Shown here piece after piece: positions 47,530-56,323 of a stretch of DNA of 64,000 nucleotides. Position 1 is the first letter of the stretch. The number at the start of each line of letters is the position of its first letter. The notes beneath the pieces are model-generated. The model did no database searches, was not told where the DNA came from, and saw only the letters and a program-made list of their open reading frames with translations. The stretch lies in the NCBI GenBank assembly GCA_016870535.1, contig VGBK01000003.1, positions 5,914 through 69,913 of the forward strand. Direction: 5' to 3'. Position numbers and translations under genes: made by a program. Origin of the DNA: Actinomycetota bacterium (GTDB taxonomy: Bacteria; Actinomycetota; Acidimicrobiia; Spongiisociales; UBA11373).

Positions 47530-48773
47530 CGACCCGGGCAGACGCCCAAGCCTTGGATCGGGCGGACCCGCTCGGCGAGTTCCGGGACCGCTTCGTCATC
47601 CCGGAAGGCGGGCCCATCTACCTCGACGGCAACTCGCTGGGCCGCCTGCCCCGGGCCACTGCGGAGACCCTGCGGCGTCTCGTCGAGGACGACTGGGGCG
47701 GACGGCTGGTGGAGGCCTGGGAGGAGTGGATCGACCTGCCCCAGCGGGTCGGGGCCCGCCTGGCGCCGCTCCTCGGCGCCGCCGCCGACGAGGTCATCGT
47801 GGCCGACTCCACCTCGGCCAACCTGCACCGCCTGGCGGGGGCCGTGCTCGACGCCTACCCCGACCGCCGCACCCTGGTCACCGACGCCGCCAACTTCCCC
47901 ACCGACCGCTACGTGCTGGCCGGCCTCGCCGCCGAACGGGGCGGGGAACTGCGCCTGATCGACGGCGACCCGGTCGCCGGCCCGCAGGTGGAGGCCGTGG
48001 CGGCCGCCCTCGACGACGGGGTGGGCCTGGTCTGCCTTTCCCACGCCGCCTACCGCTCCGCCGCCCTGGCCGACCTGGGGGCGATCACCGCCGTCGTCCA
48101 CGCCCACGGGGCGCTGATGCTGTGGGACCTGAGCCACTCGGTAGGGGTGGTGCCCATCGACCTGGCCGCGGCGGGCGCCGACCTCGCCGTGGGCTGCACC
48201 TACAAGTACCTCAACGGCGGGCCCGGCTCACCGGCCTTCCTGTACGTGCGCCGCGACCTCCAGGAGCGCCTGCGCAACCCGCTGTGGGGGTGGTTCGGGC
48301 ACGCCGACCAGTTCGCCTTCGAAGCGGGCTTCCGCCCGGCCCCCGGGCTCACCCGCTTCCTGGTGGGCTCCATACCGGTGCTGGGGCTGACCGCCGCCGG
48401 GGCGGGCATCGATCTGGTGGCCGAGGCCGGCCTCCCCGCAGTGCGGGCCAAGAGCCTCGCCGCCACCGGGATGATGCTGGCCCTCTACGACGACCGCCTG
48501 GCTCCCCTCGGGGTGGGCCTGGGCACCCCGCGACCGGCGGAGCGCCGCGGCTCGCACCTGGCGCTGCTCCACCCCGAAGGCCTCGCCCTGAGCCGCTGGC
48601 TGCGGGCCGAAGGCGGGGTGGTGGCCGACTTCCGCCCGCCCGACACCCTGCGCCTGGCGGTCTCGCCCCTGTACACCACCTACACCGAGGTGTGGGATGC
48701 AGTGGAGGCCCTGGCCACCGCTCTGGAAAGCGGGGCCTACCGGGGTTACGCCCCCGGCGGCCGGGTGACCTGA
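47526..48773 (+). CDS. kynU: Kynureninase.
   Basis: YLDGNSLG, the PLP-Lys region CTYKYLNGGPG, and the WDLSHS fold-type I segment. Start ATG 47526 overlaps the upstream stop. Confidence 0.85.
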   Translation: MTTRADAQALDRADPLGEFRDRFVIPEGGPIYLDGNSLGRLPRATAETLRRLVEDDWGGRLVEAWEEWIDLPQRVGARLAPLLGAAADEVIVADSTSANLHRLAGAVLDAYPDRRTLVTDAANFPTDRYVLAGLAAERGGELRLIDGDPVAGPQVEAVAAALDDGVGLVCLSHAAYRSAALADLGAITAVVHAHGALMLWDLSHSVGVVPIDLAAAGADLAVGCTYKYLNGGPGSPAFLYVRRDLQERLRNPLWGWFGHADQFAFEAGFRPAPGLTRFLVGSIPVLGLTAAGAGIDLVAEAGLPAVRAKSLAATGMMLALYDDRLAPLGVGLGTPRPAERRGSHLALLHPEGLALSRWLRAEGGVVADFRPPDTLRLAVSPLYTTYTEVWDAVEALATALESGAYRGYAPGGRVT

Positions 48774-49109
48774 GCCCTCAGCGGGCCGCCGGGGTCGGCC
48801 GCGGTGCGGACCCGTCCGGCAAGAGACCACTGCTCTGGGATGACGTCTACCAAGCACACCCCCCGTCCGTTCCTGTTCTCCCCCTCCAGGGAGGAGTCCC
48901 CGGGTCTTCGAGGAGGAGGGGGTCCGTACCCCAGCCCGAACCCGTCGGGTTCCCGAGTGAGGTCACGCCAGCGTGGGCTGCGGCGCGAATCTGTTACCTG
49001 AAGATGGGTTGACTAGGTCAGGTCCCGCGCGGCCTTCCTCGTTCTGGGATACACCCTGAACCTGGATTCGAACGGCTGCTGAGCTCCGCGGAGCGAAGCG
49101 TCTTCCGCC

Positions 49110-49139
49110 TTGCTGCGTTCCTGTAGCCTATGCTACAAT
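49110..49139 (+). promoter_or_regulatory. Promoter plus operator of the DUF1778/GNAT toxin-antitoxin operon: TTGCTG -N18- TACAAT, with the inverted repeat TGTAGC-ctat-GCTACA overlapping the -10.
   Basis: Read directly from the sequence; AGGAG SD precedes ATG 49163. A perfect 6-bp IR across the -10 is typical of RHH-antitoxin autoregulation. Confidence 0.55.
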
Positions 49140-49162
49140 GCCACTGAACCTAGGAGCCCGAC

Positions 49163-49438
49163 ATGACTTCCCCCATCCGAGTCGACCAGGACACCGACGA
49201 CCGCATCACCCATGCCGCCCGTCTCCTCGGCGTGACCAAGAAAGCGCTCGTTGCCGAGGCCGTTCAGGCGTACGTCGCGCAGAAGGCTCCGCAACTGGAT
49301 GAGGGGCTGCGCCATGTCGCTGAACTGCTGGCCCCCACGGGCATTGTTGTCAGTTCCAGCACGATGCGCTCCGTTGCGAATCTGATCGAGCAGCCCCCGG
49401 AGCCCACCCCCAGCCTGCGCGAACTGCGAGATGCCTGA
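49163..49438 (+). CDS. DUF1778 (TacA-like) ribbon-helix-helix antitoxin.
   Basis: 91 aa; the pattern RVDQDTDDRITHAARLLGVTKKALVAEAV matches the DUF1778/TacA family. Confidence 0.75.
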   Translation: MTSPIRVDQDTDDRITHAARLLGVTKKALVAEAVQAYVAQKAPQLDEGLRHVAELLAPTGIVVSSSTMRSVANLIEQPPEPTPSLRELRDA

Positions 49439-49478
49439 GTTGCCCGGCGGGATCAGTCGCCGGATCGGATAGCGCCGC

Positions 49479-50033
49479 TTGAGACCCCTCTTCCCGCAGG
49501 GGACCATCGTCCGCAACCTAGAAGCGGCCGACGATCGCCGCGCCTTCTCCTGCGGCCACCCCGATCTGGATCGCTACTTCCGCGACTACGCCGGCCAGCA
49601 CTCGCGACGCGGGCTGTCCCGCGTGCAAGTCGCCGTACTCAACGGGGAGATCGTCGGCTACGCGGCGTCGGCTCCAGGCCACATCACCAGCAGCGAACTC
49701 CCCAGCGATCTGCGACGTCGACTCCCCCACTACCCACTGCCGATCCTCCGGCTGGCGAGGCTCGCGGTAGCAGAGGAGCACCAACACCGCGGCATCGGAA
49801 GCCTCCTGCTCGCGACGGTCCTGCAGCAAGCCCTCGGGCTGCGCGATCAGTATGGCTGTGTGGGCGTGGTCATCGATGCCAAGGCTGAGGCCGTCGGCTA
49901 CTACGCCACGTTCGGGTTCCAGGTCGTGCCGACAGAGTCCGGACAGATCCAGGGCGGCGCCGCACCCACCACGCAGATGTTCCTGCCCATCGGGACCATC
50001 GAGACTGCCCTCCGGCACGACAGCGACAAGTAG
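49479..50033 (+). CDS. GNAT-family acetyltransferase toxin (TacT/AtaT/KacT-like).
   Basis: N-terminal FSCGHPDLDRYFRDYA, diagnostic of DUF1778-associated GNAT toxins, and an acetyl-CoA motif QHRGIGSLLL. TTG start 41 nt after the antitoxin stop. Confidence 0.75.
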   Translation: MRPLFPQGTIVRNLEAADDRRAFSCGHPDLDRYFRDYAGQHSRRGLSRVQVAVLNGEIVGYAASAPGHITSSELPSDLRRRLPHYPLPILRLARLAVAEEHQHRGIGSLLLATVLQQALGLRDQYGCVGVVIDAKAEAVGYYATFGFQVVPTESGQIQGGAAPTTQMFLPIGTIETALRHDSDK

Positions 50034-50127
50034 CCGAAACGCCCTGCCCCCGGATGCGAGGCAGTCAGAACCCGAAACCGCCCAGCACTTGTAACCCCCA
50101 ACCGCACCCTGGGCGAGGGTCCCCTTG

Positions 50128-51261
50128 CTAGGGCGCCTCTCCCGGACCGATCTCCTCGCGCCGCGTGGTCAGCGACTCGATCAGGTCCCGGTCCACCTCG
50201 ACCCCGATGCCAGGCCGGTCGAGAGGCACCCGCAGCGTCCCCTCCTCCATGGTCCACTCCGGGTCCACGATGTCCCGCTCCCAGTAGCGGCGGCTGGGGC
50301 TCAGGTCGCCGGGCAGGGTGAAGCCGGGCAGCGAGGCCAGGGCCACGTTGTGCCCCCGCCCGATCCCGCTCTCCAGCATGCCGCCGCACCACACCGGGAT
50401 ACCGCGGCTCCGGGCCAGGTCGTGGATCTGCCGGGCGGCGGCGTGGCCCCCCACCCGGCCGGCCTTGATGTTGATCACCCGCGCCGCCCCCAGCGAGATG
50501 GCGTCGGCCGCCCGCGCCGCCGAGGTGATCGACTCGTCCAGGCACACCGGCGCTTCGATGGCCGCCTGCAGCCGGGCGTGGCCGGTGAGGTCGTCGGGGT
50601 CGAAAGGCTGCTCGAGCATCGCCGGGTGCAGGGCGTCGAGGGCCTGCAGCACTCCAAGGTCATCCAGGGTGTAGGCGGCGTTGGCGTCCAGGGAGAGGGG
50701 GAAGCCCGCGCCGACCGCCTCCCGGGCTGCCTCGGCAAAGGCCACGTCCTCACCCGGGGCCACCTTCACCTTCACCCGCCGGTAGCCCTCGGCCACCGCC
50801 TCCCGGGCCCGGAAAGCCAGCGCCTCCGGCGTGGCCTGGATGCCCAGGGAGATGCCCATCTCCACCCGCTCCCGGGTGCCCCCCAGCAGGCGGGCCAGGG
50901 AGATGCCCTGCTCCCGTGCCGCCAGGTCCCAGACCGCCATCTCCGCCGCCGCCTTGGCCATGGGATGCCCCCGGAAGGCTCGCTCCAGGGCCGGCCCCAC
51001 CTCTTCGGGCCCGGCGAAACGGCGGCCCAGGACCACCGGCGCCGCCCACCGGGTGAGGGCCAACCAGGCGGTGTCCACCGTCTCCGCCGAGTAGGCCGGG
51101 AACTCCTCGGCCACGCACTCCCCCCGGCCTGCCTCCCCTTCGGCGTTCTCCGCTTCCACCAGCAGGATGCGCCGCTGGTGGGTGAGGCCGGAGGAGGTGC
51201 GGAACGGCTCGCGCAAGGTGAGGGCGATCTCGCGCAGCACCAGGCGGGTGACGGTGATCAT
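50128..51261 (-). CDS. Enolase-superfamily enzyme, MLE subgroup (o-succinylbenzoate synthase / N-succinylamino-acid racemase family).
   Basis: KxK motif (RVKVKV), metal ligands LDANAAY / LEQP / LDES, second Lys INIKAGRVGG, and GGMLESGIG. Starts at the internal ATG (MITVTRL...), overlapping the upstream GNAT stop (ATGA). Confidence 0.8.
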   Translation of the reverse strand: MITVTRLVLREIALTLREPFRTSSGLTHQRRILLVEAENAEGEAGRGECVAEEFPAYSAETVDTAWLALTRWAAPVVLGRRFAGPEEVGPALERAFRGHPMAKAAAEMAVWDLAAREQGISLARLLGGTRERVEMGISLGIQATPEALAFRAREAVAEGYRRVKVKVAPGEDVAFAEAAREAVGAGFPLSLDANAAYTLDDLGVLQALDALHPAMLEQPFDPDDLTGHARLQAAIEAPVCLDESITSAARAADAISLGAARVINIKAGRVGGHAAARQIHDLARSRGIPVWCGGMLESGIGRGHNVALASLPGFTLPGDLSPSRRYWERDIVDPEWTMEEGTLRVPLDRPGIGVEVDRDLIESLTTRREEIGPGEAP

Positions 51262-52034
51262 GTCCCCGACTCCAGCACGTACAGCGGCGGGTCGCCGCGC
51301 CGGAAGCCGGCGACGCAGAAGCCCCTCGCCAGGTAGTGGGTGAAGGCGCGGCGGGTGGCCGCCCGCCATCGCCCCGCCAGGACGGGGTCGCCCGCGGACA
51401 GGGCGGAGAAGTCCCCCGGCACCGCCACCCCGATCGGACCGGCCTCGGGCAGGGCTGCGGTCTCCAGGCCCACCACCTCGCGAGGCGGCGCCGGCGCCGT
51501 CCCGGCCGGGGCGACCAGCACCCACTCCACGATGAGCCGGTCCGACCCCGCGGTGCCCTGCACCTCGCCCCCGTACATCTCCTGCACGTACTCCACCACC
51601 CGGGCGCCCAGCAGGTTCAGGTTGAGGTGGGCGTTTCCCGCCAGCAGCGGGTCGTAGGACCAGTAAGCCCGCTCGACCCCTTGCTCCCGCAGGCGGGCCC
51701 GCTGCCAGTGTTTCAGCGCCAGGCCCAGGCCCAGGCGCCGGGCCTCGGGGCGCACCGCCAGGAGGTGCGACCAGTGGGCCAGGCGCCCGTCGCGCGCCGC
51801 GGGCATCCCGTACACGAACCCCAGCAGGCGGCCCGCCTCGTCGCAGGCCCCGCCCAGCAAGCCCCCGGCGCGCAAGGTGGCTTCGAGAACGATGGGAAGA
51901 ACCAGTTCTCGCGGGTCGTTGCCCCACACCGCCTGCTGCACCTCCAAGCAGGCGGCCAGGTCGTCCCCGCCCGCCAGGGGCCGCAACGTCACCCCGGCCG
52001 GCAGCCCGGCCGCCTCGCCCGCTCCCGCGCTCAC
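51258..52034 (-). CDS. GNAT-family acyltransferase (COG3375-like).
   Basis: C-terminal two-thirds of the 622-aa ORF (HLLAVRPEARRLGLGLALKHW...). GTG start at about 52034 inferred. Upstream ORF sequence is antisense to the 52086/52711 plus-strand genes. Confidence 0.6.
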   Translation of the reverse strand: MSAGAGEAAGLPAGVTLRPLAGGDDLAACLEVQQAVWGNDPRELVLPIVLEATLRAGGLLGGACDEAGRLLGFVYGMPAARDGRLAHWSHLLAVRPEARRLGLGLALKHWQRARLREQGVERAYWSYDPLLAGNAHLNLNLLGARVVEYVQEMYGGEVQGTAGSDRLIVEWVLVAPAGTAPAPPREVVGLETAALPEAGPIGVAVPGDFSALSAGDPVLAGRWRAATRRAFTHYLARGFCVAGFRRGDPPLYVLESGT

Positions 52035-52085
52035 GGGGCGAGCATATCCCGTGATCCCGGGCAGCCCGGCCCGGGCCGGTAGCCT

Positions 52086-52703
52086 GTGCTCATGCCCGAC
52101 CCCGGCATGGCGGACTGGGAGGCGGCGGCCGCCGTCCTCGACGCCGCCCCCATATGCCACCTCGCCTTCGTGGAGGCCGGGGAGCCGCGGCTGCTGCCCG
52201 CCCTCCACGCCCGCCTCGGCACCACGCTCTACTTCCACGGCTCCCCCGCCGGCGGGGTCATCGGCGCCGCCGCCTCGGGAGAGCCGGTGAGCATCAGCGT
52301 GGTGCTGCTCGACGGGGTGGCGGTAGCCCGCAGCGCCTGCCACACCGCCCTCAACTACCGCTCGGTGCTCTGCCGGGGCAGGGGGCGCGCCGTCGAGGAT
52401 CCCGCCGAGGTCGAGGCCGCCCTGCGGGCCATCACCGACCGGGTCACCCCCGGGGTCTGGGAGACGGGCCGCCGCCCCCGCCCCGAGGAGGTCGCCGCCA
52501 CCGCCGTTGTTGCGGTCGAGGTGACGGCCTGCTCGCTGCGGATGCGCTCCGGGCCTGCAGTGGAGGACGAGGCCGACCGGGACGGCCCCGGATGGTCGGG
52601 GCTGGTGCCGCTGCACCTGCAAGCCGGGCCCGCCCAGGCCGGCCCGGGGGTGCCCCCGGGAACGCCCTCGCCTCAGGTCCTGCCGGGCGCCACGGGGAGA
52701 TGA
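52086..52703 (+). CDS. Pyridoxamine 5'-phosphate oxidase-like FMN/F420-binding family protein.
   Basis: Split-barrel signature CHLAFV ... LYFHGS ... RSVLCRGRG. Confidence 0.65.
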   Translation: MLMPDPGMADWEAAAAVLDAAPICHLAFVEAGEPRLLPALHARLGTTLYFHGSPAGGVIGAAASGEPVSISVVLLDGVAVARSACHTALNYRSVLCRGRGRAVEDPAEVEAALRAITDRVTPGVWETGRRPRPEEVAATAVVAVEVTACSLRMRSGPAVEDEADRDGPGWSGLVPLHLQAGPAQAGPGVPPGTPSPQVLPGATGR

Positions 52704-52710
52704 GGACGCG

Positions 52711-53808
52711 TTGGACACCCTGACCCTGGTCCTCTTCATCGCCGGCTTCGCCCTGCTGGTGGTCGGAGCCGAGGCCCTGGTGCGGGGAGCCTCCGGCCTG
52801 GCGCGGGCCCTGGGCATCTCCCCGCTGGTGGTGGGCCTCACCGTGGTGGCCTTCGGCACCAGCGCCCCCGAGGGGGCGGTCACCCTGCAGGCCGCCTTCA
52901 CCGCCAAGGCCGACCTCGCCGTGGGCAATGTGGTCGGCAGCAACATCTTCAACCTGCTCTTCGTGCTGGGGGCGTCGGCCCTGGTGGTGCCGCTGGTGGT
53001 GAGCCAGCGCCTGGTCAGGCTCGAGGTGCCCCTGATGATCGGGGCGGGCGGCCTGGTGCTGGTGCTGGCCCTCGACGGCGGCCTCGGCCGCCTCGATGGG
53101 GCGATCCTCTTCGCCGGGATCCTCACCTACACCGTCTATGCGGTGCGGCGCGGGCGCCGGGAGACCGTCGAGGTGGCCGCCGAGTACGAGAGGGAGTACG
53201 GGGCCCGCCCCCGCTCGACCCGCCGGACCCTGCTCGACGTGGCACTGCTGCTCGCCGGCCTGGGCCTGCTGGTCCTGGGGGCGCGCTGGCTGGTCGACGG
53301 GGCCGTGGAAGTGGCCACCGCCCTGGGGGTGAGCAGCCTGGTGATCGGCCTCACCATCGTGGCCGCCGGCACCGGCCTGCCCGAAGTGGCCACCTCCCTG
53401 GTGGCCGCCATCCGGGGGGAGCGCGACATCGCCGTGGGCAACGCGGTGGGCAGCTGCCTGTTCAACCTGCTGGCGGTGCTGGGCCTGGGCGGATTGCTGG
53501 CACCGGAGCCGGTGGCGGTGGCCCCGGCGGTGCTCCGCTTCGACCTGCCGGTGATGCTCGGGGTGAGCCTGGCCTGCCTGCCCATCCTCTTCATCGGCCA
53601 CAACATCTCGCGCGGCGAGGGCACCCTGCTCCTCGGCTACTACGCCGCCTACACCGCCTATCTCGTCCTCCAGGCCGAGCAGCACGCCGCCCTGCCCGCT
53701 TTCGGGCGCGTGATGCTGCTGTTCGTCATCCCGCTGACCGCCGTTACCTTGCTCATCCTCACCTGGCGCTTCCGGCGCTCCCGCCGCCCGGTGGCCGAGC
53801 CGGGCTGA
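52711..53808 (+). CDS. Ca2+/cation antiporter, CaCA family (YrbG-like).
   Basis: Two alpha-repeat motifs GTSAPE and GTGLPE, with 10-11 TM segments. Confidence 0.85.
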   Translation: MDTLTLVLFIAGFALLVVGAEALVRGASGLARALGISPLVVGLTVVAFGTSAPEGAVTLQAAFTAKADLAVGNVVGSNIFNLLFVLGASALVVPLVVSQRLVRLEVPLMIGAGGLVLVLALDGGLGRLDGAILFAGILTYTVYAVRRGRRETVEVAAEYEREYGARPRSTRRTLLDVALLLAGLGLLVLGARWLVDGAVEVATALGVSSLVIGLTIVAAGTGLPEVATSLVAAIRGERDIAVGNAVGSCLFNLLAVLGLGGLLAPEPVAVAPAVLRFDLPVMLGVSLACLPILFIGHNISRGEGTLLLGYYAAYTAYLVLQAEQHAALPAFGRVMLLFVIPLTAVTLLILTWRFRRSRRPVAEPG

Positions 53809-53844
53809 TGCCCCGGCCGCGCACCGGGCGGCTACGGTGAGAGA

Positions 53845-54690
53845 GTGCCCCCCGCCCCGGCCGAGACCATCACCAGCACTTCCAACCCCCGACTGAAGGG
53901 GCTCGTTCGCCTTCGGGAGCGACGGGAGCGCGATCGTCGCGGCCTCTTTCTCATCGAGGGCTACCGCGAGATACAGAGAGCCGTTGCCGGAGGGGTAGCC
54001 CTGACCGAGGTCTGGTGCTGCCCTGCTCTCTATCTGGGCAAGAACGAACCGGGTCTGGTCGCCGCCGCCCGAGCCCGGGACGCCGAGATCGTCGAGGCGG
54101 CAGAGGCCCCCTTCCGCAAGGCCTCCTACCGGGATCGCCCCGAGGGCCTCCTCGCCGTGGCCCGCCAGTTCCCTACCCGGTTGGACGACCTCGACCTGCC
54201 CCCCGATCCCCTGCTGCTGGTGGTCGAGGGCATCGAGAAGCCGGGGAACCTCGGCACCATGATGCGTACCGCCCAAGCCGCCGCGGCGGCCGCGCTCATC
54301 GTGTGCGACCCCACCACCGACCCCTTCAACCCCAACGTGGTGCGGGCCTCGCTGGGAACCCTCTTCTCCCTGCCGCTGGCCGTGGCGGACACCCCGTCGG
54401 CCATAGCGTGGCTGCAAGACCAGGGAATCCGCACCGCGGCCACCACCCCGTCGGCGGCCGACCCCTACTGGGATGCCGATCTCACCGGGTCGGTCGCCCT
54501 GGTGGTGGGCAGCGAGCAGTACGGGCTCTCGACCGCCTGGCTGGAGAACGCCACCCAGCGCCTGCTCATCCCCATGCCGGGCACGGTGGACAGCCTCAAC
54601 GCCGCCATGGCCGCCGGCATCGTCCTGTTCGAAGCGGTGCGCCAGCGTGCCGCAGCCTCCGCCGATCGCCGCCCACCGCACGGTTCGTGA
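53845..54690 (+). CDS. TrmH/SpoU-family RNA 2'-O-methyltransferase.
   Basis: SPOUT motifs LLLVVEGIEKPGNLGTMMRTA ... ALVVGSEQYGLS ... IPMPGTVDSLNAAMAAGIVLFE. Confidence 0.8.
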   Translation: MPPAPAETITSTSNPRLKGLVRLRERRERDRRGLFLIEGYREIQRAVAGGVALTEVWCCPALYLGKNEPGLVAAARARDAEIVEAAEAPFRKASYRDRPEGLLAVARQFPTRLDDLDLPPDPLLLVVEGIEKPGNLGTMMRTAQAAAAAALIVCDPTTDPFNPNVVRASLGTLFSLPLAVADTPSAIAWLQDQGIRTAATTPSAADPYWDADLTGSVALVVGSEQYGLSTAWLENATQRLLIPMPGTVDSLNAAMAAGIVLFEAVRQRAAASADRRPPHGS

Positions 54691-54769
54691 AGAACCCCGC
54701 TGCTTCTAGCCGAACGGCCGAGGCGCTCTCCTGTTGTGCAAGAATGGCACCCGGTTCACAGGAGGCACC

Positions 54770-56221
54770 ATGGTGGAAGAGGGCTTCTGGTTCGACCCGC
54801 TCGTCTTCGGCAAGCGCCTGCGGCACTACCGCCGCCTGCGAAACCTGACCCTGGCCCAGTTGGGTGATCGCGTCGGCAAACAGGCCTCCTTCCTCTCGAT
54901 GCTGGAGAGCGGCAAGCGCGAGCCGCGGCCGCAGTTCGTCGAGCAGTTGGCGCAGGCGCTCGACGTGCGCGCCGCCGATCTCCTGCGCGCCGACCCGCCC
55001 GATAGGCGCTCCCGTCTCGAGGTGGCCCTGGAGCGCGCCCAGACCGAGCCCCTGTACGAGCGTCTCCACCTGCCGCCGCTGAAGGCTACGGCCTCCCTTC
55101 CCGACGCCGCCCTGGAGCACCTGGTGGGCCTGTATGCCGAACTGAAGCGAGCCTGCGCCCCCTCCACCCCCACCGTCCAGGAGGCCAGGCAGGCCGCCGC
55201 CGAGTGGCGGGAGGAGGTGCGCCGCCGCGACAACTACTTCGAAGAGGTCGAGAAGATGGCCGCCGAGGCGCTGCGCACGGCCGGCTACCCCGGGACCGGC
55301 GCCGTAGCGCAGCGCACCCTCACCGACCTGGTGGCCCACTTCGGCTTCACTGTGCAGCAGGTGCGCGATGTTCCTGCCTCGGCGCGTTCGGTCAGCGACC
55401 TGCGGGACCGGGTCATATACATCCGCCAGCGGGATGTGCTGCGCACCCGTGAGGCGCGGTCGGTGATCCTCCAGACCCTGGGTCACTTCGCCCTGGGGCA
55501 CCCCGACCCCGAGGACTACGCCGGCTACCTGCGCCAGCGCACCGAGGCCAACTACTTCGCCGGGGCCGTGCTGGTCCCCGAGGAGGCCGCCCTCGCCCTG
55601 CTCGAAGAGGCGAAGGCCGACGGCGACATCTCGGTGGAAGACCTCAAGGAAGTCTTCTACGTGTCCTACGAGATGGCCGCCCACCGCTTCTGCAACCTGG
55701 CGACCCGGCGCCTCGACCTGCCGGTGCACTTCGTGCGTTCCGACGCCCAGGGCACCATCTGGAAGGCGTACGAGAACAACGGGGTGCCCTTCCCCACCGC
55801 CCCCGACGGGGCGGTCGAGGGAGAGCGCTTGTGCCGGGAGTGGGGCACTCGCCAGGTCTTCCACAGCGAAGACGTCTTTGCCATCCACTACCAGCACACC
55901 ACCACTCCCCACGGCGAGTTCTGGTGCGCCACCCACGTGGAAGCCGACCGCCAGCCACACCACGCGGTGACGGTGGGCTGCGAGGCCGGGGATGCCCACT
56001 ACTTCCGGGGCGGCGACACCGAGCGCCGCTCGGCCTCCAACTGCCCGGACGGGCCCTGCTGCCGACGGCCCGGCCGCCGCCTCGCCGCCCGCTGGGATGG
56101 CTGGGCCTGGGCCTCACCCATCAGTCACAGCCACGTCCTGGCCGCCCTGCCGTCCGGCGTGACCGGCACCGACACCGCCGAGATCTACGAGTTCCTGGAG
56201 CGGTACGCCCCGGAGGGGTGA
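54770..56221 (+). CDS. XRE-family HTH regulator with ImmA/IrrE-type metallopeptidase domain and DUF2083 (ScfR/RamB-like).
   Basis: HTH RLRNLTLAQLGDRVGKQASFLSMLESG, HExxH-like LGHFALGH, and a Cys/His-rich C-terminal domain. ATG at 54770 preceded by CAGGAGG. Confidence 0.75.
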   Translation: MVEEGFWFDPLVFGKRLRHYRRLRNLTLAQLGDRVGKQASFLSMLESGKREPRPQFVEQLAQALDVRAADLLRADPPDRRSRLEVALERAQTEPLYERLHLPPLKATASLPDAALEHLVGLYAELKRACAPSTPTVQEARQAAAEWREEVRRRDNYFEEVEKMAAEALRTAGYPGTGAVAQRTLTDLVAHFGFTVQQVRDVPASARSVSDLRDRVIYIRQRDVLRTREARSVILQTLGHFALGHPDPEDYAGYLRQRTEANYFAGAVLVPEEAALALLEEAKADGDISVEDLKEVFYVSYEMAAHRFCNLATRRLDLPVHFVRSDAQGTIWKAYENNGVPFPTAPDGAVEGERLCREWGTRQVFHSEDVFAIHYQHTTTPHGEFWCATHVEADRQPHHAVTVGCEAGDAHYFRGGDTERRSASNCPDGPCCRRPGRRLAARWDGWAWASPISHSHVLAALPSGVTGTDTAEIYEFLERYAPEG

Positions 56222-56302
56222 GTCGAGTCCCCCTCGCATGGGGATGGGAGGGGGCAGGGGAAGGGAAGCACGCGCCTGCCGCCCTTCCATTTCCCTCCCC
56301 GG

Positions 56303-56323
56303 TACCATATGCTCTACCATATG
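56303..56323 (+). promoter_or_regulatory. Tandem direct repeat TACCATATG-ctc-TACCATATG (each with palindromic core CATATG; second copy ACCATATGGT is a perfect 10-bp palindrome), overlapping the antitoxin start codons.
   Basis: Read directly from the sequence. Probable RHH-antitoxin operator. Confidence 0.5.

Noticed and set aside
48804-49001. 65-aa ORF in the long kynU-TA intergenic region.
   Set aside because: No SD; Pro/Arg/Gly-rich low-complexity translation; the GC-frame pattern is not coding-like.
48990-49035. SRP (4.5S) RNA-like segment CTGTTACC...AGGTCAGGTCC.
   Set aside because: Only short matches to the domain IV consensus were found. The flanking sequence cannot form the conserved helix and lacks the GGAA tetraloop region.
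49055-49080. Possible minus-strand tRNA gene suggested by GGATTCGAAC (reverse complement of a T-arm GGTTCGAATCC).
   Set aside because: No matching T-stem, acceptor stem, D-arm or anticodon arm could be built on either strand around the motif. At most it is a degraded fragment (see finding on 48774-49162).
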